64,000 nucleotides of DNA, taken from the NCBI GenBank assembly GCA_963668025.2, contig CAXXTH010000017.1, positions 32,001 to 96,000 on the forward strand. Reading direction: 5' to 3'. The notes beneath the pieces were generated by a model. That model did not search any database. It saw only the letters and a list, made by a program, of their open reading frames with translations, and was not told where the DNA came from. Positions within the stretch are counted from its first letter, which is position 1; each line of letters begins with the position of its first letter. Shown piece after piece: positions 29,534 through 38,405 of the stretch. The position numbers were made by a program, and so were the translations under genes. Source of the DNA: Candidatus Hydrogenedentota bacterium. GTDB taxonomy: Bacteria; Hydrogenedentota; Hydrogenedentia; Hydrogenedentales; SLHB01.

Positions 29534-30088
29534 TCATTGAAATCCTGGACTCGGATTAGGAACCAGGTCCGTTTCTTGGTAGTAGCTTACCCGAGGGAAT
29601 TGCTCAGGTAAATCGCCTACTTGGTTTCCATCGAAATCAAAATAATAAACCAGCGGCTTAGATTCCTTGTGGTGTAATATGAAGTTAGTAACTTTCTGAG
29701 CTTTATCCAGGCCTTCAGGATCATCTCGTGGAATAGCAGGATCAGTTGCGTACACGTCGAAGTTATAACTAACAATGACTTTGATAGGCCGTTCGAGAGA
29801 GTTTTCCATTGTAATATCTTTGATTTCAGAACCGGTAAATTCACGATACGCTTTGGCGTAGACTCCCCATGTGGGATCAATAGGATGCCCCATGCATTGA
29901 TAGAACATGGCTTCATCTTTATGTTGATATTCAAGCGGCTGGAACCGTTCAATTTCCTTTTCCGCGAGCGTGGAAGCCGCCGCCCTAATTTTTGCAATAT
30001 CGTTCGCCCCGAACTGCTTGCCGCCACATCCATAAAAGACCAATCCGATGGCTATGGCCATACAACAAATTCCCACCAACCGTTTCAT
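29534..30088 (-). CDS. Putative lipoprotein
   Basis: MKRL...VFYGC lipobox; GGAGG RBS. Confidence 0.75.
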   Translation of the reverse strand: MKRLVGICCMAIAIGLVFYGCGGKQFGANDIAKIRAAASTLAEKEIERFQPLEYQHKDEAMFYQCMGHPIDPTWGVYAKAYREFTGSEIKDITMENSLERPIKVIVSYNFDVYATDPAIPRDDPEGLDKAQKVTNFILHHKESKPLVYYFDFDGNQVGDLPEQFPRVSYYQETDLVPNPSPGFQ

Positions 30089-30153
30089 TAAAAAACCTCC
30101 TTGAACTTATTACGCGCACATCTGTGTAAAAAAAAACGTTGCCGGAAGCTTTA

Positions 30154-30729
30154 TTACGAATGGGGATTTTCCGGCCCGCCTCCTACATAGGCGACTTTTC
30201 CCGATTCATCTTCGTATTTCTGCCCTTTGTTCATGAAGCGCAGCCGTTCTTCAAAGAAGATGCGCTTGATGCTCGAAAGTGCCTTAGGCGGCAGATTGCT
30301 CGATTTGCGGATGCCTTCGTATATGGTCCAGCGGTTCTCCGCTTCGCTGGCCACCATGAGGGCGGCCCTGTCTCGATCTCGCGACGAGCCTTCTTTTTTA
30401 TATTCCCGTGTGCGCAAGATGGATAGCATGCCGTCGCTGCGTTCCCACGCATGGCCGGAATCCAGCAAAGCCATCACGAGAGAAGAGCGGGATATGCGGG
30501 TTCGGATTGCTTGCTGCACTGCTTCATCACTCACAACAATGCCATCTATATCCTGGAATGACGCCTGGCGGTCGCCTGCGAACACCGCTTTCTCGATGGA
30601 GCGAGCGGCTTCCCGCATCGCTTGTTCATTTATATCAGAGTAATCCGCCTTTGCATGGCTGAAGACGCCTTGGACGGTCGAGCAGCCAGCCGCCGCTACA
30701 AGCAGAACGAAGCAGGTGAAATATCTCAC
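30154..30729 (-). CDS. Lipoprotein, DUF1318/YdbL-like
   Basis: AAAGC lipobox; ENRWTIYEGI and GQKYEDESG C-terminal pattern. Confidence 0.65.
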   Translation of the reverse strand: MRYFTCFVLLVAAAGCSTVQGVFSHAKADYSDINEQAMREAARSIEKAVFAGDRQASFQDIDGIVVSDEAVQQAIRTRISRSSLVMALLDSGHAWERSDGMLSILRTREYKKEGSSRDRDRAALMVASEAENRWTIYEGIRKSSNLPPKALSSIKRIFFEERLRFMNKGQKYEDESGKVAYVGGGPENPHS

Positions 30730-30884
30730 GAATCAGGCCTCCTGTGTATGCCGCAGTAAAATCGCATCTATATACCCGGTGCAACAAGACGGAAGAACAC
30801 TCCCTTCTCGTTTCTGGCGCATCCGGAATGCACTGAAGCCACATGCGCGCATAAGCGCTATTATTGCCGCCAAGCAAATGCTTG

Positions 30885-32162
30885 TCAAGATGGAGGGGCG
30901 GCAGGGACTGGCGCATTGGCCTCCGGGGGTTGGGGAGCCGCATCCGGCGCAGGCGCCATGCTGGGATTATACACATCCACAATATCGACTTGCGTGGAGC
31001 GGACGATAAGATCATAGAGTTCTTCCACGTCTTCCTTATGCATGCGCGCGCAGCCATTGGACGCGCATGTGCCGATTGTTTCGGGATGAATGGTGCCATG
31101 AATGCCCAAATCTTTAGGCAATCCCTCGGCGATTGGAACTAACGGCATCCATCGTGTACCTAGTTCATTTTCGGGAGCAAGCGGAGCTACCATGCCCGCA
31201 CCCGGTTTGTACCAGGCGGGGTCTTTTTGTTTGTTGCCTATCCGGTAGCTCCCTAATGCGGTTTCCTGGCCTGGCTTGCCAAGGCCGCAATAATAACGCT
31301 TGAACAGTCCATCTTTATCCCGCAAGAACAGCCGGCATGTCGAGCGTTCGATGATGATTTGAAAATCTTTTGGGGTGTATTTCAGGCGCTGGCCGATGTG
31401 CAAGCGGGGCTCTTCAGTTCCTAAGTTATTGGCGCGCATCAGCATGCCTTGAGTCGTATTGAGCTGGTTGCCAATCGAGGTGATGCTATCCCCTTTTTTG
31501 ACCTCGTAAATCTTGCTTTCTGGGGTAGGCTCCGGGGAAAACACGAGCGACACGTTCGCTTTTCCTAATTCGTCCAGCGCATCATTCCAATCCGCGCTGT
31601 TCCAAGGGGCGTCTTGGACGGCTTGGGCGAATAACGCATGCGCCCCCAGGGTGTCGCCGGAAGCCATGGCTTTCCGGCCCTGTTCGACTAGTGCGGGAGC
31701 GCGCAAATCTGGCGGCGCTGTGTCGCGGACGCGCTGAAGAAGCGCCGCGGCTTCCTCGGCCCGCCCACTCTTCTCGAGCAAGCGGGCATAAACGACTTGG
31801 GCGCGGGCCAAGCTTGGGCTGGATGGAAATTCCTCAACCGCGCGCTTCAGGTTTGCAAGGGCTTGTTCCGTCTCACCAGCGGAACTCTGAATCTGAGCCA
31901 GCAGCATAAGGGCTTCGGGGGTTACGCCGGAACTTTTTACGATGGATTCGAGCAGCGGGCGCGCTTGCCCCCCATTTCCTTCCTCGATCCATTTTTGGGC
32001 TTGTTCGATATCCGAGGAGGCGGATGCGTCTGGGGCGCCCGTTTGAGGCTGCCGCATGGCATACCAGCGATACGCTTGATATCCGCCCAAAAGCAGTACG
32101 AACAGGCATAAAACAACGATAATGATTTTCACCAGATTGAGTTCTTTGGATTGAACGGCCAT
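30885..32162 (-). CDS. Membrane-anchored TPR-LysM-L,D-transpeptidase (YkuD)
   Basis: YEVKKGDS LysM motif; GIHGT...SNGCARM catalytic motif. Confidence 0.92.
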   Translation of the reverse strand: MAVQSKELNLVKIIIVVLCLFVLLLGGYQAYRWYAMRQPQTGAPDASASSDIEQAQKWIEEGNGGQARPLLESIVKSSGVTPEALMLLAQIQSSAGETEQALANLKRAVEEFPSSPSLARAQVVYARLLEKSGRAEEAAALLQRVRDTAPPDLRAPALVEQGRKAMASGDTLGAHALFAQAVQDAPWNSADWNDALDELGKANVSLVFSPEPTPESKIYEVKKGDSITSIGNQLNTTQGMLMRANNLGTEEPRLHIGQRLKYTPKDFQIIIERSTCRLFLRDKDGLFKRYYCGLGKPGQETALGSYRIGNKQKDPAWYKPGAGMVAPLAPENELGTRWMPLVPIAEGLPKDLGIHGTIHPETIGTCASNGCARMHKEDVEELYDLIVRSTQVDIVDVYNPSMAPAPDAAPQPPEANAPVPAAPPS

Positions 32163-33116
32163 TTAGATGCGTGATTCTCCTATCCGGGTCAGGTCCAGCA
32201 GCATCTCCGTCATGGTTTGGAACCGATGATCAGGCTGGCGGCGCAATGCCTTGAGGATTGCACGGTCCAGCACTGTTGGAATTTCCGGGTTGATTCTTGA
32301 GATATGCTCGAATTTATATCCATCTCTCCCGAGTATCTGCCTGCTGACTTCTTCGGGGGTTTTGCCATTGCAGGGATGGCGTCCCGAAAAAAGCTCATAC
32401 ATGGTAAGCCCATACGAAAAAATGTCTGAACGTGCATCCAAGCTTTTCTTCGCAAGCTGTTCCGGGCTCATGTATCGCCTGGTGCCGCCACGTTCTTTAA
32501 TCCAGCGGGAGCGCCAGCTCGTATTTGATTTCGATAATCCGAAGTCCACGATTTTTACTTTTTTCATATCGCGCGAGAAAAGGAAGTTCTCGGGTTTGAT
32601 ATCTCGATGCACGATGCCATTTTGATGCAGGAAATCAATTCCATGGCACAATCGGATGCATAGATTGATCATTTGGGGCATGGTCAGCTCGCGGGTATTG
32701 ATAAACTCCCGCAGATTATGGCCGTCAATATATTCCATCAGCAGGCAGCGGCGCACTTGCCCGTTCCGGTCTTCTTGCTCGATGATTTGCGGGAACATCT
32801 GAATGATGCATTCATGGCGCAGATTCGCCGCAATGCGTATTTCCTGGCCCAGATAGTCACGTTTGCGTTTCTTTTTGTCTAGATCATACCGGCGGTCGAG
32901 CACCTTGATGGCGATAACTTTGTCTTGCTGGCGATCGACGGCTTTATACACGGTGCCCATGCCGCCTGAACCAACCTGGGCTACAATTTCGTAGGGGCCG
33001 ACGTGTGTTAATTCAAACCCGGAGTCGGAGCCATCTTGCTGGATATGGGAGGCATTTTCATCTAGTTCCTCGATATCATCCTTTTTGCGAAAACGTAACA
33101 GATTTCTCAATTGCAC
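32163..33116 (-). CDS. Hanks-type Ser/Thr protein kinase (kinase domain only)
   Basis: GSGGMGTVY, AIK, HRDIKPEN, DFG and YMSPE motifs. Confidence 0.95.
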   Translation of the reverse strand: MQLRNLLRFRKKDDIEELDENASHIQQDGSDSGFELTHVGPYEIVAQVGSGGMGTVYKAVDRQQDKVIAIKVLDRRYDLDKKKRKRDYLGQEIRIAANLRHECIIQMFPQIIEQEDRNGQVRRCLLMEYIDGHNLREFINTRELTMPQMINLCIRLCHGIDFLHQNGIVHRDIKPENFLFSRDMKKVKIVDFGLSKSNTSWRSRWIKERGGTRRYMSPEQLAKKSLDARSDIFSYGLTMYELFSGRHPCNGKTPEEVSRQILGRDGYKFEHISRINPEIPTVLDRAILKALRRQPDHRFQTMTEMLLDLTRIGESRI

Positions 33117-33173
33117 AGCGCTTCATGACTCCTACAGTGGAATGAATTTATAAATAATTGCGTACCAAACGGA

Positions 33174-34133
33174 CTATCCGCTTTTAACGCCTTGAGCCCC
33201 TGTCGGAACAGCCACTTCCTGGATTATATCACGCAGAACCGCATGTGTCGTGACACGCCGCAAACGGCTTTCTGGATTCAAAATCAGGCGGTGCTCAAGG
33301 ACCGGCATAGCCAGCGCCTTCACATCATCCGGCAGCACATAACTGCGGCCTTGGACAGCCGCAAAGGCTTGGGCGGCCCGGTAAAGCGCCATGGATGCGC
33401 GTGGGCTGGCGCCCAGCGACAAGTGCGAAGACTCGCGGGTGCGATACACGATGTGTAATATATAGTCCCGCACCTTTTCATGCACGGTGATCTCCCATAT
33501 GGCGCGCTGCATCCGGCGGATGGTCTCCGCATCCGCGACAGGCCCCAAAGAATCCAACGGATGGGCCAGCCGCATTCGCTCCAGCATGTCCGCTTCCGCC
33601 ATGATGCTGGGATAGCCCATGGTAAGCCGCATCATAAATCGGTCGAGTTGGGCCTCCGGCAGCGGAAACGTGCCTTCATGCTCCACGGGATTTTGCGTGG
33701 CAAACACGATAAACGGTTGTTCAAGCTGGTGCGTTTTGCCATCGATCGACACCTGGCCTTCCGCCATGGCTTCCAGCAATGCCGATTGCGTGCGCGGCGT
33801 AGCCCGGTTGATTTCATCCGCCACGATCATCTGGGCGAACAACGGCCCGGGGCGGAATTCGAATGTTTGCGTTTTTGGACTATAAATGGACACGCCCGTC
33901 ACATCGGAGGGCAATAGATCCGGCGTGCATTGAACCCGGCTGAAAGAACACCCGGAAGAGATCGCCAGCGCACGGACCAGCACGGTCTTCGCTACGCCGG
34001 GCACATCCTCGAGCAAGACATGCCCTCCCGCAAGCACTGCGGAAAGGGCAGCTTTAATGACATGGGATTTGTCGAGCACCACTTGCTCAACGTTCCCGAT
34101 GATCGCTTTTATGGTTTCTCGAAATTCACCCAT
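33174..34133 (-). CDS. MoxR family AAA ATPase
   Basis: EDVPGVAKT, DEINRATPRTQSALLE and ATQNPVE motifs. Confidence 0.96.
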   Translation of the reverse strand: MGEFRETIKAIIGNVEQVVLDKSHVIKAALSAVLAGGHVLLEDVPGVAKTVLVRALAISSGCSFSRVQCTPDLLPSDVTGVSIYSPKTQTFEFRPGPLFAQMIVADEINRATPRTQSALLEAMAEGQVSIDGKTHQLEQPFIVFATQNPVEHEGTFPLPEAQLDRFMMRLTMGYPSIMAEADMLERMRLAHPLDSLGPVADAETIRRMQRAIWEITVHEKVRDYILHIVYRTRESSHLSLGASPRASMALYRAAQAFAAVQGRSYVLPDDVKALAMPVLEHRLILNPESRLRRVTTHAVLRDIIQEVAVPTGAQGVKSG

Positions 34134-34258
34134 TTCAGTCCGGTGCGGAGCACCCCCTTATCCAAAGCGATGATACTAGGCCTGCAAACGGAACGCAAGA
34201 AGAAGCTGAGGGGAGCCTTCGTAGTGGTTCATTGCAGAGGACGTACAAAGAAAGGCGC

Positions 34259-35620
34259 CTACTTTCCTTTTAGGGCCGCCTTGATGATGGTCCGGATGTC
34301 CGCCGCGCTGACCGAACCATCATCGTCCATATCCGCAGGCAAAAAATCGGCTTGCTGGCCAATGGTCTGGTTCACGGCGATCTGGATGTCCACGGCGTTG
34401 ATGCGCCCATCCGCATTCACATCATGAATCCCGACCAGCACGGTTCCATCTGTCGAATAGGCCAAAATAGACATCACCTCCGCACGGGTAAGATAACCAT
34501 CTCCGTTGGCGTCGAATAGATTGAATATTTCGGCGGGCGCATCGGGAAAAACCGTGGCGATCTCCGCATACTCCAACACGCCATCCGAGTCAGAGTCGCC
34601 CCGTATAAGCGCTTGCAACAATTCTTTCCGCATATCTTCGAATGGTGGAATCGGGTGGTCCGGCATATCAGCCAGCGTGATCACGTTGTCATCATTTCGA
34701 TCAAGCTGCGTGAAATATGTGGAGGTGAAGCTGGGTAATAGGGATTGAATATCGGCGAGTTCCACCGCGCCATCGCCATTGTCATCAGCCAAGGCTAGAT
34801 ACTCAATGAAAATTTCCCGGAAATCCCGTTTGCCTTCCGGGCAGTCCGCGCTCGTAATCACGCCATCGCCGTCTTGGTCGAGTGCGGCAAACCACGAATA
34901 ATCCCCTTCGGACGCCACGGCTTGGAATTCTTCTTCCGTCACCGCGCCATTCGCATCAACATCCATCTGATTTAACATTTGGCGCAAGCGGGCGGCGGAA
35001 CTGCATGGGAGAGGGGGCTCATCTTCTTGTGACAGCTTGCCATCCCGGTTCCGGTCAAGCTGGCGGAAAACAGCGGAAACGTCTTGGTTGCTATACGCCC
35101 GGAGTTCCGCGTATGTGGCCGCGCCATCGCCATTGGCGTCCGTGTCCATAAGCACACACTGTAACCGCGTGTCCGCGGGTTCTGGGAACGGCGGCGTATC
35201 GGCCCGTGTCAGTAGGCCATCGCCATCGCGGTCCATTCGTTGGAACTGGGCGCTGGAAAGGGAAGTATCTAGCATTTTCGCATCATCAAATGCCAATGCG
35301 GAATCCCCACGCAACTGGGCGAAGCGCAATAAGCGTAATAGACTCTCGCGAGGCGCGCATAGAACGGCTTGTGGGGCGTCATCCGGAGTGAGCACCTCAT
35401 CTCCGTTTCCATCCAAAAGAACAAACATCACTTGCGCCATGCCAGGCATCAACGCTTGCAGTTCTGGCATGGTCACCATGCCGTCACGATTGGCATCCGC
35501 ATCCACAAGAAGCTGGAGAGTCAGGCGCAGATATGCGCTCATATCCGCGGACGCGGATACGCTAGAAAACAGAAGAACGGCTGCCAGCGCCGGGAAACAT
35601 ATCCTGTGCAATCGAGCCAC
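34259..35620 (-). CDS. Secreted multi-EF-hand protein with C-terminal dockerin-like domain
   Basis: About 10 DxNxDG loops; paired DVNADGRINAVDIQ/DMDDDGSVSAADI; signal peptide from GTG 35620; the longer track ORF reads into the IS. Confidence 0.85.
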   Translation of the reverse strand: MARLHRICFPALAAVLLFSSVSASADMSAYLRLTLQLLVDADANRDGMVTMPELQALMPGMAQVMFVLLDGNGDEVLTPDDAPQAVLCAPRESLLRLLRFAQLRGDSALAFDDAKMLDTSLSSAQFQRMDRDGDGLLTRADTPPFPEPADTRLQCVLMDTDANGDGAATYAELRAYSNQDVSAVFRQLDRNRDGKLSQEDEPPLPCSSAARLRQMLNQMDVDANGAVTEEEFQAVASEGDYSWFAALDQDGDGVITSADCPEGKRDFREIFIEYLALADDNGDGAVELADIQSLLPSFTSTYFTQLDRNDDNVITLADMPDHPIPPFEDMRKELLQALIRGDSDSDGVLEYAEIATVFPDAPAEIFNLFDANGDGYLTRAEVMSILAYSTDGTVLVGIHDVNADGRINAVDIQIAVNQTIGQQADFLPADMDDDGSVSAADIRTIIKAALKGK

Positions 35621-35660
35621 TGTGGTTATCCCTGAGTCTGCGGCATACGTACCCATTCGT

Positions 35661-35688
35661 ATTATACCACGAGGGCCTCGATTGTCAA
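35661..35688 (-). promoter_or_regulatory. Consensus sigma70 promoter of the EF-hand gene
   Basis: TTGACA-N16-TATAAT with TG extension on the minus strand. Confidence 0.8.
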
Positions 35689-35750
35689 TAATATCCAGCG
35701 CTTTTCCAGGGCGGACGCATCTAATAATGCTGAATTCTGGATAATGTCTA

Positions 35751-36050
35751 TCAGCTTGTCCTGCCATTCTTTTTCCGTTTTTTGTTTTTGTCTTGTTCCT
35801 GGCGTGTCCGACGGATGATTTCGTTGGCATATTCCTCGGCCAGCTTACGGAATTGGTTGTAGCCATCAATGGCCTCTTGGAGGGCCTCCACCTCGTCGGT
35901 GGGAACGTAGTGCACCACGTTACGCCCGTTTTGCCATGTCTGATGGTTGTAGTGGGGCCGGCCGGCCATCGCGCAGATCTTGCCGCGTTCCATCCGCTCG
36001 ATGGCCGCCATCTTTTCTAACAGCCGCTGGATTTTGCTTGTTTGTTTCAT
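35751..36050 (-). CDS. Small IS-associated protein (DUF6788-like), divergent from the transposase
   Basis: MERGKI...HQTWQNGRNVVHYVP...AIDGYNQF; lies inside the TIRs; TGGACT-N17-TATCAT 6 nt before ATG. Confidence 0.75.
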   Translation of the reverse strand: MKQTSKIQRLLEKMAAIERMERGKICAMAGRPHYNHQTWQNGRNVVHYVPTDEVEALQEAIDGYNQFRKLAEEYANEIIRRTRQEQDKNKKRKKNGRTS

Positions 36051-36201
36051 GGCAATATGATATAGGAATATATATAAAAAGTCCAGCGTTTAGGAAGCGC
36101 GTCAAAATAACTTGACTATTTTTTCGCATTCAACGCAATTTTCATGGCGATAGGAATTACCGCTTCCTTTCCGAGTGGTGGGAGAAAATCGGTAAGTTAT
36201 T

Positions 36202-37392
36202 TTGACGCGACTCCTTAACTCAGGAGATAAAGCCGTGGGCAATGAGCATCATCCCGTTCCGAGACAGCGCGGCATCATGGAATACTTGGAGGAAATCCCC
36301 GATCCGCGTGTCCGCCGCAGGCGGTTCCATAAGCTGGCCGATATTCTGGTTATCGGACTTTGTTCGATGTTGACCGGCGGCGAGGGATTCAACGACATGG
36401 CGTTGTTTGGAAGGATCAAACGAGACTGGCTCAAGACCTTTCTCGAGTTGCCTCACGGCATCCCGTCGCACGATACCTTCAACCGGGTTTTCTCCGCCAT
36501 CGACCCCGATTGTTTTATGGACTGTTTTGTGCGCTGGGTCCAAAGGATTTGCCCTGCACTGCAGGGGGAAGTCGTTGCCATCGATGGAAAGGCGTTGCGC
36601 CGAGCCTTGGATGACGGCGATTCAATCCCGTATATTGTCAGCGCCTGGGCTTCGCAAAACGGGCTGGCCTTGGGACAGGTTAAGGTGGACGATAAGTCCA
36701 ATGAAATCACCGCCATCCCCGAACTGTTGCGGGCGTTGGCCCTTCAAGGCTGCATCGTGACCATTGACGCCATGGGATGCCAGAAAGACATCGCCGCCCA
36801 GATCATCGAGAAGAAAGCTGATTATGTCCTAGCCCTCAAAGGCAACCATGCTACGGTTCACCAAGAGGTCCAGGATTTCTTTGCCGACGCTGTTTTGCCC
36901 TGCGCTTCCGAACCCGCCACTACCGTTGCCCCCAACACCATGGCCTGCTCCAAAACGCTCGAAAAAGACCATGGGCGCATGGAAACGCGCCGCTACTGGC
37001 AATCCACCGACATTGACTGGGTGGCAGACAAAAAGCGGTGGAAGGGCTTGCGCAGCATCGGCATGGTCGAGTCGATCCGCTGCGTCAAAGGCAAAAACAC
37101 CATCGAACGCCGCTATTTCCTCACCAGCCTTCCTCGTGATATTGAGGCCTTCGCAAAAGCCGTGCGGGGCCACTGGGGTGTCGAAAACCAGCTCCATTGG
37201 TCTCTCGACGTGACCTTCCGGGAAGACCAAAGCCGCGCCCGGACCAAAAACGCCGCACAGAATCTGGCCACGCTGCGCCGAATCGCACTCAACCTCATCA
37301 AGAGGAACACGGAAGAGAATATTTCGCAACGACAAAAAAGGATATTCGCCGCACTTGATATGCCGTTTCTCCAGCAATTATTGGGATTTTAG
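36202..37392 (+). CDS. ISAs1 family transposase
   Basis: PSHDTF, AIDGK, KSNEI, TIDAMGCQ, LKGN and HWGVENQLHW motifs; real start may be 36277. Confidence 0.97.
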   Translation: MTRLLNSGDKAVGNEHHPVPRQRGIMEYLEEIPDPRVRRRRFHKLADILVIGLCSMLTGGEGFNDMALFGRIKRDWLKTFLELPHGIPSHDTFNRVFSAIDPDCFMDCFVRWVQRICPALQGEVVAIDGKALRRALDDGDSIPYIVSAWASQNGLALGQVKVDDKSNEITAIPELLRALALQGCIVTIDAMGCQKDIAAQIIEKKADYVLALKGNHATVHQEVQDFFADAVLPCASEPATTVAPNTMACSKTLEKDHGRMETRRYWQSTDIDWVADKKRWKGLRSIGMVESIRCVKGKNTIERRYFLTSLPRDIEAFAKAVRGHWGVENQLHWSLDVTFREDQSRARTKNAAQNLATLRRIALNLIKRNTEENISQRQKRIFAALDMPFLQQLLGF

Positions 37393-37502
37393 ATGCGTCT
37401 GCCCTGGCGCTTTTCCAGGGCAACCCTGCCCAGGTTCCACGCCTGCCTTTACATTATTTCCCATCCATGGCAGAATCGCGGCAGTGAGTAGGAGTGGCCT
37501 AG

Positions 37503-38405
37503 ATGAAACGAGTTTTATATATGGCGGGCGTGTCATGCCTGCTGGCGCTGGCGATTATCGCCTATGTTTATATTCTACCCGGCCCGCTAGATCTGTCGCT
37601 TGTGGAGCCGTTTCATCAGGAAGAGAATTATGTCCGGCTCATCGAGCGCGCCACGGCGCGGCCCGCGCCCGATGGCTGCTTCACCTTCTGTGTCACGGGC
37701 GACACGCGCAGCAATTTCGAGGTAGCCCGCATGATCATGACGCATGCGGCGGCGGAATCCCCCGCTTTCATCTTGAGCGACGGCGATATCGTGCGCAGCG
37801 GCGCGCCGGAGGAATTGGCCCATCATCATATGGCGCTGGTGCAAGCGGTTGCCCCAATACCGGTAATCCCCGCGCCGGGCAATCACGAACATGGCCCCAA
37901 TCGGGACTTCGCTCCCTTCAAGGCCATCTACAGCAATGACCAGTTCAGTTTCGATTATGCGGAATGCCGGTTCATTGGCATCAACAACACGGACGGCTTT
38001 CCCAGCATGGGATATGATGACTTGGCATACTTGGAGCAAGAACTCGCCAAACCCGGCGCGCGCCATGCCTTCGTCATTTTGCATGTCCCCCCGCTGTTTC
38101 TCGAAAAGGCCGTGGATTGCACCGATGGCCGGGGTTTCCGCTGGAACAGCAAACGATTCCGCGCGCTGATGTCGAAATATAAGGTGGATGGCGTTTTCGC
38201 GGGGCATATCCATGGCATCGCTTCTACTAATATTGACTGCACTCGCTATACCATCACGGCGGGTGGAGGCGCGCCGTTGACGGATCGGCTCAAGCCTGAG
38301 GATTGCGTGAACAACTACGTGGTGGTGCATGTAACGCCCGATGAAGTGAAAATGGAAGCGGTTCGGTTCGCTAACGCGCGATGGACGCGCACGGTGCTCG
38401 AATGA
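37503..38405 (+). CDS. Calcineurin-like metallophosphoesterase, N-terminally anchored
   Basis: GDTR, GDIV, GNHE and GHIH motifs. Confidence 0.92.
   Translation: MKRVLYMAGVSCLLALAIIAYVYILPGPLDLSLVEPFHQEENYVRLIERATARPAPDGCFTFCVTGDTRSNFEVARMIMTHAAAESPAFILSDGDIVRSGAPEELAHHHMALVQAVAPIPVIPAPGNHEHGPNRDFAPFKAIYSNDQFSFDYAECRFIGINNTDGFPSMGYDDLAYLEQELAKPGARHAFVILHVPPLFLEKAVDCTDGRGFRWNSKRFRALMSKYKVDGVFAGHIHGIASTNIDCTRYTITAGGGAPLTDRLKPEDCVNNYVVVHVTPDEVKMEAVRFANARWTRTVLE

Larger units (their letters stand above)
35707..37406 (+). mobile_element. Complete ISAs1-family insertion sequence, 1700 bp
   Basis: 18-bp TIRs cagggcggacgcatctaa / ttagatgcgtctgccctg (17/18); 9-bp TSD gcgcttttc at 35698-35706 and 37407-37415. 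Confidence 0.95.

Noticed and set aside
35621-35869. N-terminal extension of the 536-aa EF-hand ORF
   Set aside because: Reads through the promoter and into the ISAs1 element; the signal peptide starts at GTG 35620.
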